Source: Truepera radiovictrix (GTDB taxonomy: Bacteria > Deinococcota > Deinococci > Deinococcales > Trueperaceae). From it: 64,000 bases of DNA. Made by a program: the position numbers and the translations under genes. The DNA is taken from the NCBI GenBank assembly GCA_044462445.1, contig JBIQNJ010000004.1, forward strand, positions 6,500 to 70,499. The letters are read 5' to 3'. Positions 31,488 through 40,040 of this stretch are shown here, piece after piece; position 1 is the stretch's first letter, and the number at the start of each line of letters is the position of its first letter. The notes beneath the pieces were generated by a model. The model saw nothing but the letters and a program-made list of their open reading frames with translations. It was not told where the DNA came from and did not search any database.

Positions 31488-32717
31488 TCAGCTCCTGAAG
31501 ATGACCTCTTCGCGCTGGAAGTTGCGGTGGGCGAACAGGAGCAGGATCACGATGATGACGGCCATGGAGCCCCACACCAGCGCCAGGCGGCTGGGGTCCA
31601 GGCTGCCCCGCACCACGTCGTCCATGAGAAGGAGAACGTTGAACAGGGGTATGAGGTAGGCCTCGTTGCCCAGCCCGATGAGGTCCTTGAACTGCAGGAG
31701 GATGGCGGGCACCACGAAGAGGAACGACAGGGGCGCGATGTAGCTCTGCGCCTCCTTGAAGGAACGCGCGAACATGGAGATGCCCAGTAGCAGCGCCGAC
31801 ACGAGTGCCGAGAGCAGGATGGCGCTGACGATGAGCACGAGTACGGCCGTGACGCTGACGTTGAGGGTGCCGCCCATGACCGAGGCCATCTGGGCGCCGT
31901 CCTCCCCGAGGCGCGGCAGGAAGACGCGGTTGAGCGCCACGCCGCCCACGAGGAAGCCGACGATGGCCATCATGGCGGCGCTGAGGCCGAAGGTGAGGGT
32001 AGCGAGGAACTTGCCCAGCACGACCTCGGAGCGCCGCACGGGCGCCACCAGCAGCACCTCCAGCGTGCCGCGCTCCTTCTCGCCTGCGGTGGCGTCCACG
32101 GCGGTCATCTGCCCGCCCGTGAGCGTCCAGAGCGCGATGAAGAACGGGATGAGCCAGGAGAGCATGCCGCTGGAGCGCTCGGCCGGCGTGCTGGCGTCGA
32201 TGCTGACGACCCTGAGCGGCTGCAGTACCTCCGGGTTGAGCCCCGCGTCGGCCAGCCTGGCAGCCACGACCTGCTGCTGGTAGATGCTCACGGCCTGCTG
32301 CACCTTGGAGGCGTTGAGCTCGCTCTTCATGTTGCCAGCCTTGGAGTAGAGGTTCACGGTGGTGGAACCCGACCCGGCCAGGGCGACGTCCAGGGGCTCG
32401 GTGACCTCGAACACCACTTCGATGTCCTCGTCCTGTACGGCCTTGAAGCCGTCGTCGACGGGCACCAGCTCCACGTTCTGCGACTCGATGATCGCCACGA
32501 ACTCGGTCGGGAGGTAGTTCATGCCTACGACGCCGATCGGCGTCACGGTGGTGGCCTCGCGCTCGAACAGGCCGCCCATCAGCATCGGCATGCCCAGCAT
32601 CATGACGGGCATGATTAGCAGGGGGATGGCCAGGTTGCTGATGATGGCCCTGGTGTCCCGGAAGGTGCTGAGGATCTCCTTGCGCGCGACGCGCCAGATC
32701 ATGGCCGAACGCATCAT
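31488..32717 (-). CDS. ABC-2 type exporter permease (NatB-like)
   Basis: 409 aa. N-terminal TM helix, a large extracytoplasmic loop, then 5 C-terminal TM helices. It overlaps the upstream ATPase gene by 4 nt. Confidence 0.75.
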   Translation of the reverse strand: MMRSAMIWRVARKEILSTFRDTRAIISNLAIPLLIMPVMMLGMPMLMGGLFEREATTVTPIGVVGMNYLPTEFVAIIESQNVELVPVDDGFKAVQDEDIEVVFEVTEPLDVALAGSGSTTVNLYSKAGNMKSELNASKVQQAVSIYQQQVVAARLADAGLNPEVLQPLRVVSIDASTPAERSSGMLSWLIPFFIALWTLTGGQMTAVDATAGEKERGTLEVLLVAPVRRSEVVLGKFLATLTFGLSAAMMAIVGFLVGGVALNRVFLPRLGEDGAQMASVMGGTLNVSVTAVLVLIVSAILLSALVSALLLGISMFARSFKEAQSYIAPLSFLFVVPAILLQFKDLIGLGNEAYLIPLFNVLLLMDDVVRGSLDPSRLALVWGSMAVIIVILLLFAHRNFQREEVIFRS

Positions 32718-33466
32718 GCGACCCCCTCGTGAGACAGCTCGGAGCGGCCGACGAGGCGGAAGAACGCCTCCTCGATGCCCCGCCCCTCGCCTTGTTCGAC
32801 GAGGTTGGCCACAGTGTCCTCGGCGATCTTGCGGCCGCGGTAGATGATGGAAGCGCGGTCGCAGAGCTCCTCGACCTCGCTCATGACGTGGGTGGAGTAC
32901 ACGACGGCGCGGCCCTTGCTGGGGTAGTCGCGCACGAAGTCGACGACGGCGCGGCGGGCGACGACGTCGAGGCCGCTGGTGGCCTCGTCGAAGAAGATGA
33001 CCGGCGGGTCGTGCAGCACGGCGCGCGCCACCACTATCTTCTGCGTCATGCCTGTCGAGAAGCCGCCGGCCCTGCGGGTCAGCGTGTCGCGCAGGCCGAG
33101 CAGGCCGTCGAGCTCGGTGATGCGCCGGTCGATCTGCTCCTCGCTCATGCCGTAGAGGCGCCCGAAGTAGTACAGGATCTCGCGACCGGTGAGGCGGTCG
33201 TAAAGGCCCATGCCGCCGTTCACGACGCCGATGGAGGCGCGCACGGCCTCGGCCTCCTTCTGCACGTCGTGGCCGTTGATGACGGCCGTGCCGCTGTTCG
33301 GCCGCAGCAGGGTGGCGAGGATGCGCAGAGTGGTGGTCTTCCCGGCGCCGTTCGGGCCGAGCAGCCCGTAGACCTCACCGGCGGCCACGCTGAAGCTGAG
33401 GTCGTCGACGGCCTTGACCTTTCCGAAATGTTTGTTCAGGTTGCGGACATCGATGAGGTCAGCCAT
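32714..33466 (-). CDS. ABC transporter ATP-binding protein (NatA-like)
   Basis: 250 aa. Walker A GPNGAGKTT, signature-like FSTGMTQK and Walker B VIFFDEATSGLD. Confidence 0.88.
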   Translation of the reverse strand: MADLIDVRNLNKHFGKVKAVDDLSFSVAAGEVYGLLGPNGAGKTTTLRILATLLRPNSGTAVINGHDVQKEAEAVRASIGVVNGGMGLYDRLTGREILYYFGRLYGMSEEQIDRRITELDGLLGLRDTLTRRAGGFSTGMTQKIVVARAVLHDPPVIFFDEATSGLDVVARRAVVDFVRDYPSKGRAVVYSTHVMSEVEELCDRASIIYRGRKIAEDTVANLVEQGEGRGIEEAFFRLVGRSELSHEGVA

Positions 33467-33537
33467 ATCGGCAGAGTCTAACCAACGTCGGTAGGCTCAT
33501 GTGTAGGGGCATAGGCACCTTGCTATCATCGGTGGCG

Positions 33538-34317
33538 ATGGTAGAGCGAGATTTCGCCGCGCTGGACGCGCATCAGTTGCTGCCGCGTGTGCTCACAGAC
33601 ATCGAGTCCGCCCAGCTCTCTTCCCACGCCCTCGGCGTGGACCTGGCGTACCCCATGGTGCCGCGCCTCAAGCGCGTAGCCGCTATGCCGGTGGCCGGGC
33701 TGGCGCTCGTGGGCGCGGACGAGGCGCTTGACGGTTCCAACAAGCAGCCACCGGAGCGAACGGTAGCGCAGTTGCAGCCCGGCTCGATGGGCAGCCTCAT
33801 CCAGCAGGTGGGGCAGCTGGCGGCGCGCGGGGTCGCTGCGGTGGCGCTCGACGTGGCGCCGTTGGCCGACACGCCGCCGTTCGGCGAACGCCGCTTCAGG
33901 CCCTACACGCGCGAGGAGCTGGCGGAACTGCGCGCCGCCGCCGGCCGGCCCCTGTGGTTGGTGGGCCTCGCCGGCGGGGCAGACGCGGAAGTGGCCGCCG
34001 AGGCCGGGGCCGACGCCGTGGTCGTGGGGTCGGAGCTGGGCCGGCACATCGGCGCGCCCGCTGTCATAGACGTGCTGCCGGAGGTGATAGACGCCGTGGG
34101 CGGCATGCTGACGATAGTGGCGGGCGGGCCTGTGCGCGATGGTGTAGATGTCATGCGCTACCTGGCGGTAGGCGCAGAGCTGGTGGTAGTGGACGGCGAA
34201 CGCTCGCTGGACGCGCTGGCGGCCGAGCTCGAGTACGCCATGCGCCTGACCGGCTGCGCCGATGTGGCAGACATCGGTTACGAGGTGCTGTTCGCACCCC
34301 TGTTCGGTGAGTCGTGA
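33538..34317 (+). CDS. Short, divergent FMN-dependent alpha-hydroxy-acid dehydrogenase-like TIM-barrel protein
   Basis: ORF 33499..34317, trimmed to ATG 33538. The C-terminal half aligns by eye to the FMN_dh family (GADAVVVGSELGRHIGAPAVIDVLPEVIDAVGG...VAGGPVRDGVDVMRYLAVGAE), but catalytic residues are substituted. The stop overlaps the ruvA start. Confidence 0.55.
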   Translation: MVERDFAALDAHQLLPRVLTDIESAQLSSHALGVDLAYPMVPRLKRVAAMPVAGLALVGADEALDGSNKQPPERTVAQLQPGSMGSLIQQVGQLAARGVAAVALDVAPLADTPPFGERRFRPYTREELAELRAAAGRPLWLVGLAGGADAEVAAEAGADAVVVGSELGRHIGAPAVIDVLPEVIDAVGGMLTIVAGGPVRDGVDVMRYLAVGAELVVVDGERSLDALAAELEYAMRLTGCADVADIGYEVLFAPLFGES

Positions 34318-34904
34318 TCGCCTTCGTCAGCGGGGTGGTGGCGGAGGTAAGCGAGGCCAGCGTCGTGCTGGACGTGGGCGGGGTGGGGGTGGAGCTGCTG
34401 GCGCCCACCGCTACCCTGGCCAAGTGCACGGTGGGCCAGAGCATCAGGCTGCGGACGCAGCTGCTCGTGCGTGAGGAGCAGCCCACGCTTTACGCGTTCC
34501 ACGACCCCGATCAGCTCACCATCTTCCGGCGGCTGCTGGAGGTGACCGGGGTCGGCCCGAAGGTGGCGCTGGGCGTGCTGTCGTCCCTGCCCGTGGCGCT
34601 CATCGTCACGGCGGTGAGCAACCAGGACGCCGGGCTGCTCACCAGCGCTCCGGGCGTCGGCAAGCGCACCGCCGAGAGGATAGTGCTGGAGCTGCGTGAC
34701 CGTCTGCCCGACGCGCTGATGGTCGGCGCCGGCGACACCGGCCGCAAGCTGCTGGCCGGTCCGGGCGAGGACGCGGTGGCGGCGCTGCTGGCCCTCGGCT
34801 ACCGCGAGGGCCAGGTGAAGAGCGTCGTGGCTGAGCTGGTCGGCGCCGGCCCGGACGACAGCGCAGAGACGCTGATCAGGAAGGCGTTGGCGCGGCTGCG
34901 CTGA
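34314..34904 (+). CDS. ruvA: Holliday junction branch-migration complex subunit RuvA
   Basis: 196 aa. MIAFVSGVV...VVLDVGGVGVELL OB domain, HhH motifs (LLEVTGVGPKVAL; LTSAPGVGKRTAERIVLEL) and C-terminal domain III. Confidence 0.9.
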   Translation: MIAFVSGVVAEVSEASVVLDVGGVGVELLAPTATLAKCTVGQSIRLRTQLLVREEQPTLYAFHDPDQLTIFRRLLEVTGVGPKVALGVLSSLPVALIVTAVSNQDAGLLTSAPGVGKRTAERIVLELRDRLPDALMVGAGDTGRKLLAGPGEDAVAALLALGYREGQVKSVVAELVGAGPDDSAETLIRKALARLR

Positions 34905-36003
34905 GCGCCTGACGCGCGTCTACCACACCGATGTCGAAGGCCTGCCCCACCGCCGTGTAGGTGAGCCTGCCGGCATAGGTGTTGAGACCCTTGAGGAAGG
35001 CGTTGTCCGCCGTGAGGGCGTTAAGGCCGGCGCCCGCCAGCCTGAGCGTGTAGGGGAGAGTCTGGTCGGACAGCGCGCGGGTGCTCGTGTTAGGTACTGC
35101 GCCCGGCATGTTGGCGACGCCGTAGTGCACCACGCCGTCTACCTCGTAGACGGGGGCGTCGTGAGTGGTGGCGTGGATGGTCTCGATGCAGCCGCCCTGG
35201 TCCACGGCCACGTCGACTATGACGCTGCCGGGTTTCATGAGCGAGAGCATGTCGCGGGTGACGAGGCGCGGCGCGCGTGCGCCCGGTATGAGCACGGCGC
35301 CGATCAGAAGGTCGGTGTTGGGCAGGAGCTCCAGCACGTTGCCGAGGTTGCTGGTGATGGTCTGCACGGTGCCGCCGAAGACGTCGTCCAGGTACTGCAG
35401 GCGCGAGTGGCTGACGTCCAGCAGGTTCACCCGTGCCCCGAGGCCCAGGGCGAGCTTGGCAGCGTTGGTGCCCACCACGCCGCCGCCCAGGATGGTGACG
35501 GTGCCGCCCTGCACGCCGGGCACGCCGGACAGGAGCAGGCCGCGGCCACCGTGAGCGCGCTCCAGGAAGTGCGCTCCCACCTGCGGCGCCATGCGGCCGG
35601 CCACCTCGCTCATCGGGGTCAGCAGGGGCAGAGCGCCGCTGTCGTACTGCACGGTCTCGTACGCCACGGCCGTCGTGCCCGCGGCCAGCAGCGCTTCGGT
35701 CAGAGGCCGGTCGGCGGCCAGGTGCAGGTACGTGAACAGGATCAGGTCTGGCCGTAGGTACTGGTACTCGGCGGCCATGGGCTCCTTGACCTTCAGCACG
35801 AGCTGCTGGGCCCAGGCGTCCTCTGCGCCGCCGATGCTGGCACCGGCGGCCACGTACTGGTCGTCGGAGAAGCTGGAACCTAGGCCCGCACCGCGCTCCA
35901 CCAGTACCTGGTGGCCCGCGTTGACGAGGGCCTGCACCGCGCCGGGGGTGGCCGAAACGCGGTTCTCCTGAGGTTTGACTTCCTTGGGAACACCGATCCT
36001 CAT
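34876..36003 (-). CDS. ald: Alanine dehydrogenase
   Basis: 375 aa. MRIGVPKEVKPQENRVSATPGAV, NAD motif ILGGGVVGTNAAKLALGLGARV and VDVAVDQGGC. GGAG lies upstream of the ATG. Confidence 0.92.
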   Translation of the reverse strand: MRIGVPKEVKPQENRVSATPGAVQALVNAGHQVLVERGAGLGSSFSDDQYVAAGASIGGAEDAWAQQLVLKVKEPMAAEYQYLRPDLILFTYLHLAADRPLTEALLAAGTTAVAYETVQYDSGALPLLTPMSEVAGRMAPQVGAHFLERAHGGRGLLLSGVPGVQGGTVTILGGGVVGTNAAKLALGLGARVNLLDVSHSRLQYLDDVFGGTVQTITSNLGNVLELLPNTDLLIGAVLIPGARAPRLVTRDMLSLMKPGSVIVDVAVDQGGCIETIHATTHDAPVYEVDGVVHYGVANMPGAVPNTSTRALSDQTLPYTLRLAGAGLNALTADNAFLKGLNTYAGRLTYTAVGQAFDIGVVDARQALSAAAPTPS

Positions 36004-36112
36004 GATCTCAGAACTCCTGCCGTGCGAACCTGCCCCGAAGCGCTCATGGGAACGTGCCTGGCGCGGGGCGGTGCGTCACTTCGTCATCTAGGTGCTGTCA
36101 CTTCTGCCGATT

Positions 36113-37120
36113 CTACTGCTGCCATGCTCGCAGAACCCGCACGCCGCGAGCGGTTTGTGTACCGTCTGCGGCCGGGCCTTCCGAAGCCTGCGGCTCGCTC
36201 TCGGGCCTGTCGCGAGGCTCCACCACGGCCACGAGCCGCGCTGCCTCGTCGAGCAACACCGTCACTCCCGTGATGGGGAGGCGGACCTTCTTGCCCTGGC
36301 GCACGGCCAGCGCCGTGGGGGCGTCCAGCGTCAGCTTCGGCTGCGGCAGCAGGGCTAGCGGGTCGACGCCGGCCGAGGGCGTGAGCTCCTCCAGGGGCGT
36401 GCACATGCCGAGGTCCACGGCGCCGGCCGCCGTGCGCACCAACCCTGTCAGGTGCGCCGGCACACCTAGGGCGGCTCCCAGGTCCCGGGCGAACGAGCGC
36501 ACGTAGGTGCCCGCCCCGACCTCGAGCTCGAAGAGGGCGGTGGGTAGCTGCGTCAGCTCGGCGGGCAGCTCGAACGGGGTGCCCTCAGGGTCGGGTCGCC
36601 AGCCCAGCTGCGTGCGCGAGAACCTGCCCGGCAGCTCCCCCCTGCTAGGGGCGAACGCCAGCAGCTCAACGTGGTGATAGGCCACGGCGCGCTCCGGCGG
36701 CTCCTCGAGCCGGCCCTCCCGGGCGGCAGCGTAGCTGCGCTCGCCCTGCTGCTTGATGGCGGAGAACGCGGGTGGGCGCTGCGCGGTCATGCCCAGGAAC
36801 GTTTTGCCGGCCTGGCGCAGGGAGCGTTCGTCGATGGCGGCAAGGGCGCTGGGCTCGGCCTCCGTCGTCAGTGGACCCTCGGCGTCGAGCGTGGCGGTGC
36901 CGGCCCCCAACGCCACCCAGGCCAGGTAGCGCTTGTTGCTGGCGGTCAGGAAGGGGGAGAGCTTCGTCGCCTCGTCGGCCAGCACGACCAGCACGCCCGT
37001 GGCCAGCGGGTCCAGCGTGCCGGCGTGCCCGACACGCCTCGTGCCCAGGCGCCTGCGTGCCTGGGCGACGACGTCGTGCGATGTCAGGCCTAGAGGCTTG
37101 TTGACGGGGTGAATGGGCAC
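36113..37120 (-). CDS. truB: tRNA pseudouridine(55) synthase
   Basis: 335 aa. KPLGLTSHDVV and the catalytic Asp motif GHAGTLDPLATGVLVV. Confidence 0.9.
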   Translation of the reverse strand: MPIHPVNKPLGLTSHDVVAQARRRLGTRRVGHAGTLDPLATGVLVVLADEATKLSPFLTASNKRYLAWVALGAGTATLDAEGPLTTEAEPSALAAIDERSLRQAGKTFLGMTAQRPPAFSAIKQQGERSYAAAREGRLEEPPERAVAYHHVELLAFAPSRGELPGRFSRTQLGWRPDPEGTPFELPAELTQLPTALFELEVGAGTYVRSFARDLGAALGVPAHLTGLVRTAAGAVDLGMCTPLEELTPSAGVDPLALLPQPKLTLDAPTALAVRQGKKVRLPITGVTVLLDEAARLVAVVEPRDRPESEPQASEGPAADGTQTARGVRVLRAWQQ

Positions 37121-37121
37121 G

Positions 37122-38768
37122 CTAGAAGAACAGGGAGCGCACCCAGGGGCTTAGCGCCACGGCCGCCAGCAGGCCGATGTGGAGCGTCAGCTGGGCCACC
37201 AGCGGCTCCCAGCCGCTGCGCCGGCGCGACCACGCGTCTGCCAGCACCAGGCCGAACGGCAGCAGCAGCGCGATAGGAACGCCGAAACAGAGGGCGTACA
37301 GAACGGCCGAGAGGACGGTGGCGATGATGGTGGTGTAGCGCTGCTTGAGCGGGGTGAGCACGAACGGGCGGAAGAACAGCTCTGAGAGCGGCAGGAGGAT
37401 GGCCGCGGCCACCACCAGCGGGGTGGCTTGGAGGAAGTCGAGGTAGAAGCCGCCGAGCGAGGCGCCGCCGGGCTTGAAGTGCAGGTACCCGACGGTCAGC
37501 GCGAGGAACAGCAGCCCCCAGCCGATGCCGTAAGGCACCGTGCGGGCGTCGCCGAGCAACGTCTCGTAGGCGTCGTGACCGTTCAGTTGCACGCGGCGCC
37601 AGGAGAGCAGCGCCACCATGATCGAGAACGTGAGGAAGAAGAGCGCGGCGGCGTCTCCGCCAGTGCCGGGGGTCACCAGTGCCAGCACGTTCTCGAAGGT
37701 GATCAGCCCGTACAGCACCGTGATCAGCAGCGCCACCAGCAGCGCGGTGAAGATGGTGCCGTAGATCTGGCCCACGCTCCACGGCTGCGGACCCTCCACC
37801 ACCTCGAGGCTGGAGGAGGACGATATGCGACTCTCGCCGACGAGGTGGAGTGCCACGACCAGCAGGAGCAGCAGTACCCACAGCAGCGTGTTGCCGCCCA
37901 GGACGCTCGAGAAGTTCTCCCGCCTGAACGACTCGCGCAGCGCGAGCCCGCCGCCGGCGAAGTCGCCCTCGGCGTAGGAGATGAGGGCGAGGCCACGCAG
38001 GTCTGCCGCCTGGGCGGCGACGTTGCGCGCACCGCGTAGCTGATGGGCCGTGGCGAGGTGGCCGGCCGCCGCGCTCAACTGGCCCTGTGACCACAGCGCC
38101 CGGCCGAGCAGCGAGCGAACCTCCGGGCTGCGGTCGTCACCGGTGAGCTGCATGTAGCTGGTCAGCTGGCGGGCGGCGTTCTCCGGGTCGCGCAGGCGCA
38201 GGCGCAGCGAGGCGTCGTGCAGGCGGTAGCTGACGGCGAGCGGGTCGATATCGATGGCGCGCGCGTACTCCTGCAGCGCCTCGTCGTAGCGACCCTGCGA
38301 CTGCAGGACCTGACCGGTGAGCATGGCCACGCGCCCCTCGAGTTCGACGTTAGCCTGATCTGCCAGCCGCCGGCGGGCCTCCTGCAAGAGCCCTTCCGCC
38401 TCGTCGAAGCGTTCGCCCAGTAGCGCGGCCTGCGCGAGAAGCACCAGCGGCTCGGCCGAGGTCGTGCGGTTGCGCACGCGCCTCAGCCGGTTCTCGGCGC
38501 TTACGGGGTCGCCCAGCCCCAGTTCGATGCGGGCCAGCACCAGCTCCGCTTCGGAGAAGTCCGGCTGTACCTGGAGCGCGTTGAGGCAGAACTGCCTGGC
38601 CGTCTCGAGGTCGCCGCGGGCTTCGAACAGCTGGCACTGGTTGAAGTAGCGCGTCTCGTCGAAGCCCTGCGCGCTGGCTGTGGCCGCTAGAAGCAGGAGC
38701 AGTAGGGCAAGGGCAGGCACGGCTGTGCGGCCGCGCCAGGCCCGAGTTACCCCCATCAGGTGGAACAT
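37122..38768 (-). CDS. Fusion protein: signal/TM segment, TPR repeats, then a polytopic C-terminal domain resembling CPBP (CAAX-type) intramembrane proteases
   Basis: 548 aa. TPR-like repeats in the N-terminal half (ARQFCLNALQVQPDFSEAELVLARI..., GRYDEALQEYARAIDIDPL). The C-terminal half has about 7 TM helices with LPLSELFFRPFV, resembling CPBP motif 1, but I could not find the His motifs. Confidence 0.5.
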   Translation of the reverse strand: MFHLMGVTRAWRGRTAVPALALLLLLLAATASAQGFDETRYFNQCQLFEARGDLETARQFCLNALQVQPDFSEAELVLARIELGLGDPVSAENRLRRVRNRTTSAEPLVLLAQAALLGERFDEAEGLLQEARRRLADQANVELEGRVAMLTGQVLQSQGRYDEALQEYARAIDIDPLAVSYRLHDASLRLRLRDPENAARQLTSYMQLTGDDRSPEVRSLLGRALWSQGQLSAAAGHLATAHQLRGARNVAAQAADLRGLALISYAEGDFAGGGLALRESFRRENFSSVLGGNTLLWVLLLLLVVALHLVGESRISSSSSLEVVEGPQPWSVGQIYGTIFTALLVALLITVLYGLITFENVLALVTPGTGGDAAALFFLTFSIMVALLSWRRVQLNGHDAYETLLGDARTVPYGIGWGLLFLALTVGYLHFKPGGASLGGFYLDFLQATPLVVAAAILLPLSELFFRPFVLTPLKQRYTTIIATVLSAVLYALCFGVPIALLLPFGLVLADAWSRRRSGWEPLVAQLTLHIGLLAAVALSPWVRSLFF

Positions 38769-38983
38769 AAGGTCCCTTTCCGTGCTCGCCGGTTGGTGGC
38801 GACTAGTCCGAACATCATGACCCGGCAGACGCGCTGCCCGCGGTTATGTGGTTCACTTCCGTGCAGCACACGACTTTCGCCAGGTTAAGGCTCGCTGAAG
38901 CTGATGCAGCCGACGGTTCATTGGCTACTGCTAGCATTGTCTCACGGAGCGAACGGCCTTGGCCCCTCGTTTGCGTGACTCAC

Positions 38984-39364
38984 ATGGCCCTGACACACCT
39001 CTTCCTACTCGGGCAACTGGCCCTACATCTGCCGATGATGCCGGCGGGCACCGAGGTTCGCCTCATGTCGTCCGACCTGTTCACGGTCTACGCGTCGGCG
39101 CGCGTGGAGCGCGCCTACCTGAAGTTCAGGGAGCTTCCCCCGCCTGGTACGGAGGTGCGTGTGCTCATCTTCCCCCCCGACGCCGACAACACGGACCTGG
39201 CCGCCGCGCTCAGCGGCGCTACCGCTCTCAAGGGCTTCGTTTCCGAGGCCGGCACCGATATCCTCATTCATTACGAGGGAAGCGACGAGCCCCTCTCGTT
39301 CAGGGCCCTGCTGCTGCAGGAGCGCGAGATCTGGCTTGATCTGCCACTAGGAAGGAGCCAGTGA
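38984..39364 (+). CDS. Hypothetical small soluble protein, first gene of a three-gene unit with the response regulator and kinase
   Basis: ORF 38846..39364. The first 46 codons are rich in A/T-ending codons and look non-coding, so I trimmed the start to ATG 38984 (ATG 39035 is also possible). High-GC3 coding signal begins at about 39040. The stop overlaps the next gene. I recognise no family. Confidence 0.45.
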   Translation: MALTHLFLLGQLALHLPMMPAGTEVRLMSSDLFTVYASARVERAYLKFRELPPPGTEVRVLIFPPDADNTDLAAALSGATALKGFVSEAGTDILIHYEGSDEPLSFRALLLQEREIWLDLPLGRSQ

Positions 39365-39366
39365 CC

Positions 39367-40035
39367 ATGACTGGCAAACGGATACTGATAGTCGAGGACG
39401 ATCTCGACATCCTCAGACTGCTTACCCGTGAGCTGGAGGACGCCGGCTTCGAGGTCATGGCGTTCGATAGTGGCATCCGCGGCCTGTCGGCCGTGCGCGA
39501 GCACGAGCCCGACCTGGTGATCCTCGACCTGGGCCTACCCGACCTGAGCGGCCAGGAGATCGCGCGGCGCGTGCGCCATACGGGCGACACGCCCATCATC
39601 ATCCTCACGGCCGCCGACGAGGTGGGCACGAAGGTGGAGATGCTCAACGCCGGCGCCGACGACTACCTGGCCAAGCCGTTCCACGTGGAGGAGCTGCTGG
39701 CGCGGGTGAACGTGCAACTGCGCAAGCGCACTCTCGGCTCGGCCCAGAAGATCGGCGACCTGACCATCGACCCGGTGCGGCGCCAGGTGTTCTGGGCCGA
39801 TGACGAGATCCGCTTCTCGCCCCGCGAGTACGAGCTCATCACCTACCTGGCCGGCCAGCCGGGGCGCGTGTACTCGCGCAAGGAGATCGAGAACAACGTG
39901 TGGGGCGAGGACCTGCCGCCGTCGTCGAACGTGGTCGACGTGCATATCGCCAACATCCGCGGCAAGCTGCGCGAGGCCGGTGGCTACGGCGTCATCCGCA
40001 CCATCCGCGGCGTTGGGTACGCGCTCAAGTCGTGA
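39367..40035 (+). CDS. OmpR-family response regulator
   Basis: MTGKRILIVEDDLDI, phospho-acceptor DLVILDLGLPDLSG, and a winged-helix C-terminus (REYELITYLAGQPGRVYSRKEI...IRTIRGVGYAL). AGGAG lies 9 nt upstream of ATG 39367. Confidence 0.9.
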   Translation: MTGKRILIVEDDLDILRLLTRELEDAGFEVMAFDSGIRGLSAVREHEPDLVILDLGLPDLSGQEIARRVRHTGDTPIIILTAADEVGTKVEMLNAGADDYLAKPFHVEELLARVNVQLRKRTLGSAQKIGDLTIDPVRRQVFWADDEIRFSPREYELITYLAGQPGRVYSRKEIENNVWGEDLPPSSNVVDVHIANIRGKLREAGGYGVIRTIRGVGYALKS

Positions 40036-40040
40036 CCTGA

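Noticed and set aside
34876-34904. Convergent gene-end overlaps: ruvA/ald 29 nt, thiolase/tyrA 14 nt (10459-10472), uvrC/GNAT sharing CTAG (23949-23952) and MFS/12-TM gene 23 nt (50661-50683).
   Set aside because: This reflects general genome compaction in this window. The overlaps are short, involve only C-terminal tails, and suggest no specific regulation beyond possible transcriptional interference.
38846-38983. First 46 codons of track ORF 38846..39364.
   Set aside because: The codons are dominated by A/T-ending triplets (act, tta, gct, gaa, gat, gca, tca, att...), unlike every confident gene here. This is more likely promoter or 5' UTR, so I trimmed the start.
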